A stretch of DNA of 64,000 nt. Source: Candidatus Omnitrophota bacterium (GTDB lineage: Bacteria; Omnitrophota; Gorgyraeia; Gygaellales; Profunditerraquicolaceae). The DNA lies in assembly GCA_043800555.1 (NCBI GenBank), contig JAZDMX010000003.1, forward strand, positions 175,531 through 239,530. Reading direction: 5' to 3'. The notes under the pieces are model-generated. The model saw nothing but the letters and a program-made list of their open reading frames with translations. It did no database searches and had not been told where the DNA came from. Positions within the stretch are counted from its first letter, which is position 1, and each line of letters begins with the position of its first letter. Shown piece by piece: positions 37,821 to 46,595 of this stretch. Position numbers and translations under genes: made by a program.

Positions 37821-38846
37821 ATGCCAGAGCTAAGAAAAGATCCGATTATAGGCAGGTGGGTAATCATCGCTACCGAACGGGCTAGGCGGCCGGACCAGTT
37901 CAGCGGAAAGCAGGAAGAGCCTTCCGCAGAAGAGCCCTGTCCTTTTTGCAGCGGTGCGGAATCCCAAACCCCTCCGGAAATTTACGCCATAAGGCAGCCT
38001 AATACCCAAAGGAATGGCCCCGGATGGGAATTAAGGGTTATCCCGAGCATTTCCCCGTTTTTAAGGATCGAGGGTGAACTGGGCAGGAGGGGAAACGGCC
38101 TGTACGATATGATGAACGGGATAGGGGCCCACGAGGTTATCGTTGAAACTGACCGGCATGTCGCTAATATGAGCGATTTGAGCGATGAGCAGATAACCAA
38201 GGTTTTAAAATGTTATTCGGACAGGATAACGGATTTAGAGAAAGACAAGCGTTTTAAATACGTTTTAGTTTTTAAGAATTACGGCAAAAGCGCCGGAGGC
38301 GGTTCTTTGAAGCACTCCCGTTCGCAGCTTATTGCTACTCCGGTAAATCCCAAGAGGGTAAAGGAAGAGCTTGCCGGCTCCAAGCAATATTTCGATTATC
38401 ACGAAAGATGCATATTCTGCGATTTAATCCGGCAGGAATCTGAACAGAAAGAGCGGCTTGTCCTTGATTTGGACGGTTTTATCGCAATTACCCCGTTTGC
38501 GGCGCGCTTTCCATTCGAGACCTGGATATTGCCTAAAAAACACTGCGCTGATTTTACCTCTCAAGACCCCGAATCTATGAAGTATTTGGGGAAAGTTATG
38601 AAGATCGTCCTTTCAAAGCTTAAAAAAGGGTTGAATGACCCTTCGTATAATTACGTTATTCACACGGCTCCTTTTCGCCGGCAAAAGGCAGGTTATTGGA
38701 AAACGGTGGATCAGGACTATCATTGGCATATTGAAATCATGCCGCGGCTTACCCGCGTAGCCGGGTTTGAATGGGGAACGGGTTTTTACATTTGCCCTTT
38801 ACCGCCGGAAGATGCCGCCGCTTTTTTAAGGGGAATCGAAGTCTAA
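37821..38846 (+). CDS. Galactose-1-phosphate uridylyltransferase-family (HIT branch III) protein, variant with HSRSQ in place of the HPHxQ active-site motif
   Basis: DPIIGRWVIIATERARRP and the Zn site CPFCSG are present. The active-site region reads GKSAGGGSLKHSRSQLIATP. Confidence 0.8.
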   Translation: MPELRKDPIIGRWVIIATERARRPDQFSGKQEEPSAEEPCPFCSGAESQTPPEIYAIRQPNTQRNGPGWELRVIPSISPFLRIEGELGRRGNGLYDMMNGIGAHEVIVETDRHVANMSDLSDEQITKVLKCYSDRITDLEKDKRFKYVLVFKNYGKSAGGGSLKHSRSQLIATPVNPKRVKEELAGSKQYFDYHERCIFCDLIRQESEQKERLVLDLDGFIAITPFAARFPFETWILPKKHCADFTSQDPESMKYLGKVMKIVLSKLKKGLNDPSYNYVIHTAPFRRQKAGYWKTVDQDYHWHIEIMPRLTRVAGFEWGTGFYICPLPPEDAAAFLRGIEV

Positions 38847-38847
38847 A

Positions 38848-39843
38848 ATGGCCGAATTAAGAAGAGATCCGATAGTAGGCAGATGGGTGATTGTGGATAC
38901 CGAACATCCAAGCGCCCCCCAGGATTTTCAATACGAGCAATACATCCAAAAAGGAGGGACTTGCCCTTTTTGCTATGGCAGCGAGGCGATGACCCCGCCG
39001 GAAATAGACGCTATCCGCGAACCGGGGACTGCCCCGAATACCGCGGGTTGGCAGGTGCGCGTAGTCCCCAATAAATTTCCCGCCCTTCAGGTTGAGGGCC
39101 AGTTAAACAGAAGGCCGCAAGGCATGTATGATATGTCCAGCGGAGTCGGCGCCCATGAAGTATTGATTGAGACGCCGTATCATGCCAAGGATATATGCGA
39201 TTTATTGCCGCTTGAAGCGGAGAATTACTTAAAGATGTGTTGCCGGCGGGCAATAGATTTGGCAAAGGACAAGCGTTTTAAGTACCTTATGTTTTTCAGG
39301 AATTTTGGTTCTGCCGCCGGAGCTTCCTTAGAGCATCCGCACACTCAGATTGTAGCTCTTCCTATGGTCCCTAAGAATGCCCTTGAAGAGATCCACGGGG
39401 CCAAGAGTTATTACGATTATCGCGAGCGTTGTATATTTTGCGATATTATCAGGCAGGAAGAACAGGAGAAGAGCAGGTTAATCCTGGAGAATAAATATTT
39501 CGTATCTTTTTGCCCTTTTGTTTCCCGTTTTCCGTTTGAGATTTGGATAATGCCTAAGAAGCATAGCGGTGCCTTTTGTTTTATGCCGGCTGAAGAAATA
39601 TCGGCTTTGGCGGCTATCCTTAAAGAAACAATAGCCAAGATTAAAAAGGTGTTCGTAAACCTTTCCTATAATTATATTATTCATTCCGCTCCGATTAATG
39701 GCGACAAAGAAGTAGAATATTATCATTGGCATATCGAGTTTATGCCTAAGCTTATGCAAGTGGCGGGTTTTGAATGGGGCACGGGTTTTTACCTTGATTT
39801 GACCTCTCCGGAATTAGCCGCAAAATACCTAAAGGCAGCCTAA
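38848..39843 (+). CDS. galT: Galactose-1-phosphate uridylyltransferase-family protein (canonical HPHxQ)
   Basis: DPIVGRWVIVDTEHP, CPFCYGSE, and LEHPHTQIVALP with the nucleophile His intact. The start follows 1 nt after the upstream stop. Confidence 0.8.
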   Translation: MAELRRDPIVGRWVIVDTEHPSAPQDFQYEQYIQKGGTCPFCYGSEAMTPPEIDAIREPGTAPNTAGWQVRVVPNKFPALQVEGQLNRRPQGMYDMSSGVGAHEVLIETPYHAKDICDLLPLEAENYLKMCCRRAIDLAKDKRFKYLMFFRNFGSAAGASLEHPHTQIVALPMVPKNALEEIHGAKSYYDYRERCIFCDIIRQEEQEKSRLILENKYFVSFCPFVSRFPFEIWIMPKKHSGAFCFMPAEEISALAAILKETIAKIKKVFVNLSYNYIIHSAPINGDKEVEYYHWHIEFMPKLMQVAGFEWGTGFYLDLTSPELAAKYLKAA

Positions 39844-39907
39844 GGGTTAATAATATCGCATCTGATATTTGAATCCGCAGCATATAATCAATAAGGAGGA
39901 AAACACA

Positions 39908-40960
39908 ATGGCAGTAAAAGTTGGTATCAATGGTTTTGGAAGGATAGGCCGGCTTGTCGCCCGGGCAATCCTTGAAAAGAATTCCAAGGATCTGGAATTA
40001 GTCGCCGTAAATGATTTGACTGACGCTAAATCAAACGCCTTATTATTGAAATATGATTCGGTGCACGGCAGGTTTCGCGGTGAGGTAAAAACCGAAGGCG
40101 CCGACGTAATTTCGGTCAACGGCAAACAGATCAAGGTTTTAAGCAAAAAAGACCCTGCGGAATTGCCCTGGAAAGATTTGGGAGTCGATATCGTAATTGA
40201 ATCCACAGGTTTATTTACCATTAAGAAAGACGGCGTAAACAAAAAGGGCAAAGAGGTCAAGGGCGCGGAGAATCATATTACCAAGGGAGGCGCTAAGAAG
40301 GTTATAATTTCGGCTCCGGCTCAAGGAGAGGATATAACCATAGTTATGGGTGTTAATGAGGATAAATATGACCCGAAGAGCCATAATGTATTATCTAATG
40401 CCTCCTGCACCACTAATTGCCTGGCTCCGATAGCTAAAGTGTTGAACGACAAGTGGGGAATTACCAAGGGGCTTATGACTACAATTCATGCTTATACCAA
40501 TGACCAAAGAGTCCAGGATATGGCGCATTCTGACTTGCGCCGCGCCCGCGCAGCCGCTTTATCGATGATTCCGACCTCTACCGGCGCAGCCAAAGCCTTA
40601 TCTTTGGTTATACCGGAATTAAAAGGCAAGCTGGATGGTTTTTCGATGCGTGTCCCTGTTCCGAATGTTTCGGTTGTGGACTTGACCTGCCTTCTGGGCA
40701 AGAAAGTCACCTCTGAAGATATTAACGCGGCAATGAATGAAGCGTCTGCCGGCAGTATGAAAGGCATCCTCGGGGTAACGGCGGATCCGGTAGTTTCGGT
40801 TGATTTCAATCACTGCGCTTTAAGCTCTATTGTCGATTCCTTAAGTACTAAAGTCTTACAGGATGATTTTGTCAAAGTGCTTTCCTGGTATGACAATGAA
40901 TGGGGTTATTCCAACAGGGTGGTTGATCTGTGCGAGTATATCATTAAAAAAGGGCTATAA
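39908..40960 (+). CDS. gap: Glyceraldehyde-3-phosphate dehydrogenase, type I
   Basis: [15 protein letters not shown] ... [22 protein letters not shown] lies 7 nt upstream of the ATG at 39908; the track's TTG at 39869 is unlikely to be the real start. Confidence 0.95.
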   Translation: MAVKVGINGFGRIGRLVARAILEKNSKDLELVAVNDLTDAKSNALLLKYDSVHGRFRGEVKTEGADVISVNGKQIKVLSKKDPAELPWKDLGVDIVIESTGLFTIKKDGVNKKGKEVKGAENHITKGGAKKVIISAPAQGEDITIVMGVNEDKYDPKSHNVLSNASCTTNCLAPIAKVLNDKWGITKGLMTTIHAYTNDQRVQDMAHSDLRRARAAALSMIPTSTGAAKALSLVIPELKGKLDGFSMRVPVPNVSVVDLTCLLGKKVTSEDINAAMNEASAGSMKGILGVTADPVVSVDFNHCALSSIVDSLSTKVLQDDFVKVLSWYDNEWGYSNRVVDLCEYIIKKGL

Positions 40961-40990
40961 TATAGCCGCGTAAAATGTGACGTTTCAAAG

Positions 40991-41064
40991 ATGGGGACGT
41001 TAGATAATGGGGACGTTTCTACTTTTCCGGAACTAGGCTAAAGAAAAGTAGAAACGTCCCCATT
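40991..41064. repeat. Second copy of the palindromic element (20-bp arms ATGGGGACGTTTCTACTTTT / AAAAGTAGAAACGTCCCCAT) preceded by a partial direct repeat ATGGGGACGTT, in the gap-to-downstream intergenic region
   Basis: Perfect stem at 41008-41027 pairing with 41045-41064. Partial duplication at 40991-41001. Followed by TTTCTTT, so it may double as the gap terminator. Confidence 0.8.
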
Positions 41065-41077
41065 TTCTTTACTAAAT

Positions 41078-43372
41078 ATGGCGATTCTATCCACAATTTT
41101 TGTTATTGGTTCCAGCGGCGTAGTAGCCCAGATTGTAGTCTTGCGCGAACTCCTGGTTAATTTCTACGGGAATGAATTGACCATAGGGATTATTTTGGCT
41201 AATTGGGTGGCCTTAGAGGCTGCCGGAGTATTCATTATCGGCAGGGCCATAGACAGGGTAAAAAATAAATTAAACGTATTTATTGCCCTGAATATCCTAT
41301 TTGCGTTAGTTTTACCTTTTGTTATTTATTTTTCGCGAATTTTTAAAGGAGCCGTTGGCATACCTTTTGCGGAAGCGGTTTCCCTGCCCGTGGTATTCAT
41401 TTCCTCATTTATTATAATCCTTCCGGCAGCATTCCTGCATGGAGCGCTTTTTAGCTGCGGGTGCAAGGTATATGATCCGTCCGGAGAAAACGCAGGCCGT
41501 GCCCTGGGTAATGTTTATGCCTGGGAAACAATCGGGACAATTGCCGGAGGACTGGTTTTAGCCTATTTATTGATTCCGCTTTGGAATTCATTCCAAATTG
41601 CTTTAAGCATTACATTCTTAAACCTGGGGTTTTGCGTTGTTCTAATCCCCGTTAAGAAGGCTACCGGCATTATGTTCCTTGAGCCGGATGCCGGGAATAT
41701 AGGCCCGCATTTTTTCTCTTTACGATTTCAAAAGGTAAAGTATCTTCTGCTGGTAATCTTGGCAATCTTATGCGGTATCTTTTTTTCTCCCTGGTCAAAT
41801 TATCTGCAAAAGGCATCTATCCAGAAACAATTTTCCGGCCAGCGGGTTTTGGATTACCGTAATTCCAGTTACGCCAATATTGCCGTGGTTAGGAAACTCG
41901 GACAGACAACGTTTTTCTATAACGGGTTTCCTCTAATCACTGCGCCGTTTCCGGATAAGCAGTTCGTGGAGGATTTCGGGAACCTTCCTTTATTATTCCA
42001 GCCTGCTTTGGATAGGGTCCTGATAGCAGGTAGCGGCATTGGCGGAATAATTAAAGAAGCCTTGAAATATCCCGTTAAAAAAATTGATTATGTTGAGATT
42101 GACCCTTTGATTATAGAGATGCTCAAGGAGTATCCCTCGTCATTAAGCCAAGAGGAGCTCGGGGATAAGAGGGTAAATGTAATAAACACCGATCCCAGGA
42201 TATTCCTCAGGGAAAATAGCGATTTATACGATGTGGTTTTAATCGGTTTATCCAACCAGGCGGATTTATCCTGTAACCGGTTTTTTACGGAGGAATTTTT
42301 CGCTTTAGCCAAGTCCAGGCTTTCACCCGGCGGTTTGCTTGCTTTATGGACCGGTGGTTCTTTAACCTATTTGAGCCAGGAATCTAAAGACCTGAATAGT
42401 TGCATACTAAACAGTTTGCAATCCGTATATAAATTCGTGCGGGTAATTCCCGGAGATTACAATATATTTATGGCTTCAGATTCCGCTTCGATTATGTCTG
42501 TAAATTCAAAGCTTTTGTCTAAGCGCATAGCGCGGGATAATATTGCCACAAGCTTGCTCATTCCGGATTATCTGGAGTATCGCTTGAGCAAAAGCCGGAT
42601 GGATTGGTTCGGCGCCCAAATGCGTTCCGCAACAAAGGAAATTAACCGCGATTTGCGCCCGGTAGCGGTTTATGAGGCCTTGAAAATAGCCAATAAAAAG
42701 TTTTCCCCCGGATGCAGCAAGTTATTTGCTTATTTGAATTACCTGGGTATTAAGGTTTTCTTTTTTCTGATATTGCTTATGACCATAGCCATAAGCAATA
42801 TTTCCAGGCGAACGGGCAGCCGCAAGCTGCCGGTTGCCTATGCGATATTTACTACGGGATTCTTTGGGATGTCGGCTAATTTGCTTTTAATCTTTGCCTA
42901 TCAGGTTTTCTACGGCTATCTTTACCAAAAAATAAGCATACTGACCGCATTCTTTATGGCGGGAATTGCCGCGGGAAGCTTTCTTTTGGTTTCCGGGGCG
43001 ATTAAGACTAAGAACAGCCGGGTATTATTAATTGTCTTTGAAGCCTTGTTAACGGTATTTTCATTGGTTTTGGGATTTACCGTATCAGGTTTTAACATTT
43101 TCTCTGGCTGTCCCGCTTTGGCCCTTTACGGTTTATTATTTATTTTGGGCCTGTTTATGGGCGCGGAATTCCCTTTAGCCGGGAAGCTGTATATGGAAGA
43201 TAAATCCGGGCTAGGAAGCGTTTCGGGGGTTCTTTATGCCAGCGACCTTATCGGCGGCTGGCTCTCCGGTATTTTAACAGGAATATTCTTTTTGCCTCTA
43301 CTGGGGTTTTTTGACGCCTGCCTGGTTATATTTATGCTCAAAATCAGCAGTTTGATAATTCTGCTTCAATAA
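41078..43372 (+). CDS. Membrane-embedded spermidine-synthase-like protein (polytopic TM domains flanking an aminopropyltransferase-fold domain)
   Basis: Central AGSGIGGIIKEALKYPVKKIDYVEIDPLIIEMLKEY...VINTDPRIFL...YDVVLIGLSNQ matches the spermidine synthase fold. About 8 N-terminal TM segments and roughly 6 C-terminal ones. Confidence 0.75.
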   Translation: MAILSTIFVIGSSGVVAQIVVLRELLVNFYGNELTIGIILANWVALEAAGVFIIGRAIDRVKNKLNVFIALNILFALVLPFVIYFSRIFKGAVGIPFAEAVSLPVVFISSFIIILPAAFLHGALFSCGCKVYDPSGENAGRALGNVYAWETIGTIAGGLVLAYLLIPLWNSFQIALSITFLNLGFCVVLIPVKKATGIMFLEPDAGNIGPHFFSLRFQKVKYLLLVILAILCGIFFSPWSNYLQKASIQKQFSGQRVLDYRNSSYANIAVVRKLGQTTFFYNGFPLITAPFPDKQFVEDFGNLPLLFQPALDRVLIAGSGIGGIIKEALKYPVKKIDYVEIDPLIIEMLKEYPSSLSQEELGDKRVNVINTDPRIFLRENSDLYDVVLIGLSNQADLSCNRFFTEEFFALAKSRLSPGGLLALWTGGSLTYLSQESKDLNSCILNSLQSVYKFVRVIPGDYNIFMASDSASIMSVNSKLLSKRIARDNIATSLLIPDYLEYRLSKSRMDWFGAQMRSATKEINRDLRPVAVYEALKIANKKFSPGCSKLFAYLNYLGIKVFFFLILLMTIAISNISRRTGSRKLPVAYAIFTTGFFGMSANLLLIFAYQVFYGYLYQKISILTAFFMAGIAAGSFLLVSGAIKTKNSRVLLIVFEALLTVFSLVLGFTVSGFNIFSGCPALALYGLLFILGLFMGAEFPLAGKLYMEDKSGLGSVSGVLYASDLIGGWLSGILTGIFFLPLLGFFDACLVIFMLKISSLIILLQ

Positions 43373-43405
43373 GAAAAATAATTTAGCAATACTTCCTCCA
43401 GCCTG

Positions 43406-43434
43406 TTGACACCTTATCTAAATAATGGTATATT
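43406..43434 (+). promoter_or_regulatory. Consensus sigma-70 promoter upstream of rpsU (TTGACA-17 nt-TATATT)
   Basis: TTGACA at 43406-43411 and TATATT at 43429-43434. Confidence 0.55.
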
Positions 43435-43460
43435 AAGGCAAATATTTAATGAGAAAGGAG

Positions 43461-43631
43461 ATGATTATATTGTCCGAAGTCGAAGTTAAAAAAGATGAGT
43501 CTTTTGAGTCGGCTTTACGCCGTTTCAAGAAGAAAATTGAGCAGGAAGGCATCCTGAGGGAAGTCAGGGACCGTAAGCATTACGAAAAGCCCAGTGAACG
43601 TAAGAGAAAGAAGGCAAAAGAGAGAAGATAA
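43461..43631 (+). CDS. rpsU: 30S ribosomal protein S21
   Basis: ...[51 protein letters not shown]. The true start may be the TTG at 43470 (SD AAGGAG at 43455-43460, 9-nt spacing) rather than the ATG at 43449 or 43461. Confidence 0.85.
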   Translation: MIILSEVEVKKDESFESALRRFKKKIEQEGILREVRDRKHYEKPSERKRKKAKERR

Positions 43632-43633
43632 CA

Positions 43634-44557
43634 ATGCCTCTTATCCTTTCTACCTCTTGGAACGCATCCGGCTATGTTAAAGCAAAGGATATGCTTTTTG
43701 AGATAAAGAAGCTGGGGTTTACGGATTTGGAGCTGAGTTTTAATTTAACCGCTTCAATGGTTTCCGAAATTGCCCAAGCTCTTAAGGATAGCGGATTTAA
43801 GGCCAGAAGCGTGCATAATTTTTGCCCTATCCCGGAAAGCTTCCGGCGGATAGATGCTTTGCCGGATTGTTACGCTTTAACTTCTCTCGACGAAGAAGAA
43901 AGAAGGAACGCGGTAAAATACTCTAAGCGGACAATAGATACGGCCGGTTTTTTGGGGGCGAGCGCCGTAGTCTTGCACTGCGGCAGGGTGCAGATGCAGG
44001 ACCGCACCAGAGAGCTTATCGGGCTTTACCAGCGCGGGCTTAAGGATACGGAAGAATTTCAGTCGATAAAAGAAGAATTTATCCGGGACAGGTCCATGAT
44101 TGCCCAGCCGTTTTTTAGCCAAGCCGTAAGGAGCCTGGAAGAATTGAATAAGTATGCCGGAGATAAAGGCATTAATTTAGGCATAGAAAACAGGTTCTAT
44201 TACCGCGAAGTGCCCAGTTTTGAGGAACTGGGCGTTATCTTTGACGAATTCAAGTCTTCCCGGATTTTTTATTGGCATGATACCGGCCATGCCAGGGTTA
44301 TGGAGAACCTGGGTTTTGCCGGAGCCGGGGAATACCTGGATTCGTATAGCCGGCTAATGCTGGGGGCGCATATCCATAACGTATCCGGTTGCTGCGATCA
44401 TCAGGCGCCCTCGCGCGGAGAGCTTGATTTTTTAGAACTTAAGCCATATCTGAAAAAAGAGACGCTCAAGGTAATCGAAGCGCACCAGCCAGCCACGGCT
44501 AAGGACTTGAAGAAAAGCAAGGCGTTGCTGGAAAATATATTTGATGGCATCCTTTAA
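43634..44557 (+). CDS. Sugar phosphate isomerase/epimerase (xylose-isomerase-like TIM barrel)
   Basis: Composition and length fit AP-endonuclease 2 / TIM-barrel sugar isomerases. Confidence 0.65.
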   Translation: MPLILSTSWNASGYVKAKDMLFEIKKLGFTDLELSFNLTASMVSEIAQALKDSGFKARSVHNFCPIPESFRRIDALPDCYALTSLDEEERRNAVKYSKRTIDTAGFLGASAVVLHCGRVQMQDRTRELIGLYQRGLKDTEEFQSIKEEFIRDRSMIAQPFFSQAVRSLEELNKYAGDKGINLGIENRFYYREVPSFEELGVIFDEFKSSRIFYWHDTGHARVMENLGFAGAGEYLDSYSRLMLGAHIHNVSGCCDHQAPSRGELDFLELKPYLKKETLKVIEAHQPATAKDLKKSKALLENIFDGIL

Positions 44558-45365
44558 TATACGTCAAGCTGCGTATCAGGGGCAATTTTATCCTGCTTCG
44601 GCCCGGGATATTAATGAAATTATCAGCGGTTTCAGCGGGCCGCAAGAACCTAAAATTGATGTTTTTGGCTGCATGCTTCCCCATGCCGGTTATATTTATT
44701 CCGGCAGGGTAGCGGTAGAAACTGTTTCCAGAATTAATATAAAAGAAAAGGTAATACTGCTTGGCCCCAACCATACCGGCTGCGGGGCAAATTTCAGCCT
44801 AGCGGCTAAAGGGGCCTGGGATACGCCGTTAGGCCGGCTCAATATCGATACAAAATTGGCGGCTGATCTCCTGGAGGCAAGCGCGTATTTGCAGGATGAT
44901 CCATTAGCGCATGCCCGGGAGCATTCTTTGGAAGTCGAACTGCCGATTTTACAGTTCTTTAGGAAAGATTTTGAAATTGTTCCAATTGCGTTTATGTCGG
45001 ATGATTTGGCCGTCCTTAAGAGGGTAGGGGAAGATATTGCCGGGGTTATCGAAAGAAATAACCTGAAAGATAAGGCATTGTTTGTGGCTAGTTCGGATAT
45101 GACCCATTACGAACCCCTGAAGTCAGCCGAAGCCAAAGATAAGAAGGCGATAGGAGCAATATTAAATCTTGATCCGGATGATCTGGCCGGGCAAGCCAAT
45201 CGATATAATATATCCATGTGCGGAATTAGCCCCGTAATAGTTATGTTAAGCGCAGCTAAATGCCTGGGGGCAAAAACCGCCGAGTTGGTAAGGTATCAAA
45301 CCAGCGCAGATGTAACCGGCGACAAAAACGAAGTAGTAGGCTATGCCGGCATACTCATAAAATAA
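44541..45365 (+). CDS. MEMO1-family protein (AmmeMemoRadiSam system protein B-like)
   Basis: YQGQFYPASARDINEIISGF...GCMLPHAGYIYSGRVAVET. Confidence 0.8.
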   Translation: MMASFNIRQAAYQGQFYPASARDINEIISGFSGPQEPKIDVFGCMLPHAGYIYSGRVAVETVSRINIKEKVILLGPNHTGCGANFSLAAKGAWDTPLGRLNIDTKLAADLLEASAYLQDDPLAHAREHSLEVELPILQFFRKDFEIVPIAFMSDDLAVLKRVGEDIAGVIERNNLKDKALFVASSDMTHYEPLKSAEAKDKKAIGAILNLDPDDLAGQANRYNISMCGISPVIVMLSAAKCLGAKTAELVRYQTSADVTGDKNEVVGYAGILIK

Positions 45366-45366
45366 T

Positions 45367-45648
45367 ATGGACGAAAAAAAAGACGGTTTTATCCCTCCGG
45401 TACCGGATTTTAAGTTTTTTATCAGCACTTTGTCTTTACAGGCCACGATTTTCCTGGGGCAAGTTCCTAACCCCGTAACTCAAAAATCCGAAGAAGATCT
45501 GCCGCAGGCAAAATTCATTATCGATACGCTTGGCATGCTTCAGGAGAAAACCAAAAGCAATTTGGATAAAGAAGAGCAGTCCCTATTGGAAAACCTGCTT
45601 TATGAATTAAGGAGAGCATACCTTTCGAAGCAGCAGGTAAAGCAGTAG
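45367..45648 (+). CDS. DUF1844-domain protein
   Basis: PDFKFFISTLSLQATIFLGQVPNP pattern. Confidence 0.55.
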   Translation: MDEKKDGFIPPVPDFKFFISTLSLQATIFLGQVPNPVTQKSEEDLPQAKFIIDTLGMLQEKTKSNLDKEEQSLLENLLYELRRAYLSKQQVKQ

Positions 45649-45742
45649 AAAGTTAGAATATATAAGAAGGTAAGGGCAGATACGGCGGAGGGCCTTTTCC
45701 CTTTACTTGCGCCTGTAGCCTGGGGCGTAACGGAGCTACCTG

Positions 45743-45901
45743 ATGATTGACAAGGAATTAGTCGATATCCTGGCCTGCCCGGCATGCCGGGGGGATGTTG
45801 AGCTAAAAGGTAAGAAGATCATTTGCAAAGAGTGCGGCAAGAAATATCCCGTAAAAGGCGGATCTCCGGTAATGCTTATTGACGCAGGCGAAGGCGAATG
45901 A
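45743..45901 (+). CDS. Trm112/YcaR (UPF0434) family small zinc-ribbon protein, 52 aa (absent from the supplied ORF track because it is under 60 aa)
   Basis: MIDKELVDILACPACRGDVELKGKKIICKECGKKYPVKGGSPVMLIDAGEGE aligns with E. coli YcaR (LLEIIACPVC...LIC...PV..GIPVLL). Confidence 0.7.
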   Translation: MIDKELVDILACPACRGDVELKGKKIICKECGKKYPVKGGSPVMLIDAGEGE

Positions 45902-45992
45902 CCCCGCTGCTTTAAGCCGGGTGTTATTGCGCCGCTTAGCCTAAACTCCGAGCTTGCCTAAGGGTTGGGCAAACAAAAAAAGGATTAGGATT

Positions 45993-46430
45993 ATGAACAA
46001 GATACTGGTTATCCACGGGCCGAACCTGAACCTATTGGGGCAAAGAGAACCCAAGGTTTACGGAAAGGTTACTTTGGATGGAATAAATGCTGAGCTGAAG
46101 AAAATCGCCGTGAAAAGAAAAGCCTCCCTTACCATCAAACAGTCAAATCACGAAGGGCGTATCGTAGATCTTATCGGCAGCGCTAAAAACAAATTCGACG
46201 CCATTTTAATTAATCCGGCCGCCTACACCCATACCAGCGTTGCCATCAGGGACGCGATAGCCGCCGCAGGAGTATTAACCATAGAAGTGCATTTAACTAA
46301 TATTTATTCCCGGGAAGAATTCAGGCATAAATCTCTTATCAGCCCGGTAGCCAAGGGCACAATTATGGGGTTTGGCCCTAAAAGTTATGTTTTAGGCCTT
46401 GAGGCCATACTTGATTTGCTTGATGCATAA
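45993..46430 (+). CDS. aroQ: 3-dehydroquinate dehydratase, type II
   Basis: [20 protein letters not shown]...SNHEG...[18 protein letters not shown] at 45993; the track's upstream extension lacks homology. Confidence 0.9.
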   Translation: MNKILVIHGPNLNLLGQREPKVYGKVTLDGINAELKKIAVKRKASLTIKQSNHEGRIVDLIGSAKNKFDAILINPAAYTHTSVAIRDAIAAAGVLTIEVHLTNIYSREEFRHKSLISPVAKGTIMGFGPKSYVLGLEAILDLLDA

Positions 46431-46595
46431 CCAACGATTGTTGTTTCGGCTCTTATCTTTCGGTTTGCCGCGAGTCTATACTCAAGGCGCTTTCGGGCCT
46501 GTCGTTTCCGGCCGGTTATTTAACCGCCAGCAGTACCGGACTTGCCTGGCAGAAGCATCTTTGCGGGAAAAGGTGCAGTTACCGGTGGCTAAGGC

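Noticed and set aside
39869-39907. Track's TTG start extending gap by 13 codons ([13 protein letters not shown])
   Set aside because: The extension lacks homology. A strong SD (AAGGAGGA) sits immediately before the conserved [15 protein letters not shown] start at 39908.
46431-46595. Possible SRP RNA (ffs)
   Set aside because: Only a 14-nt stretch resembles the 5' side of helix 8. The GNRA tetraloop and the conserved 3' AGCAGC/AAGGCAG side are missing.
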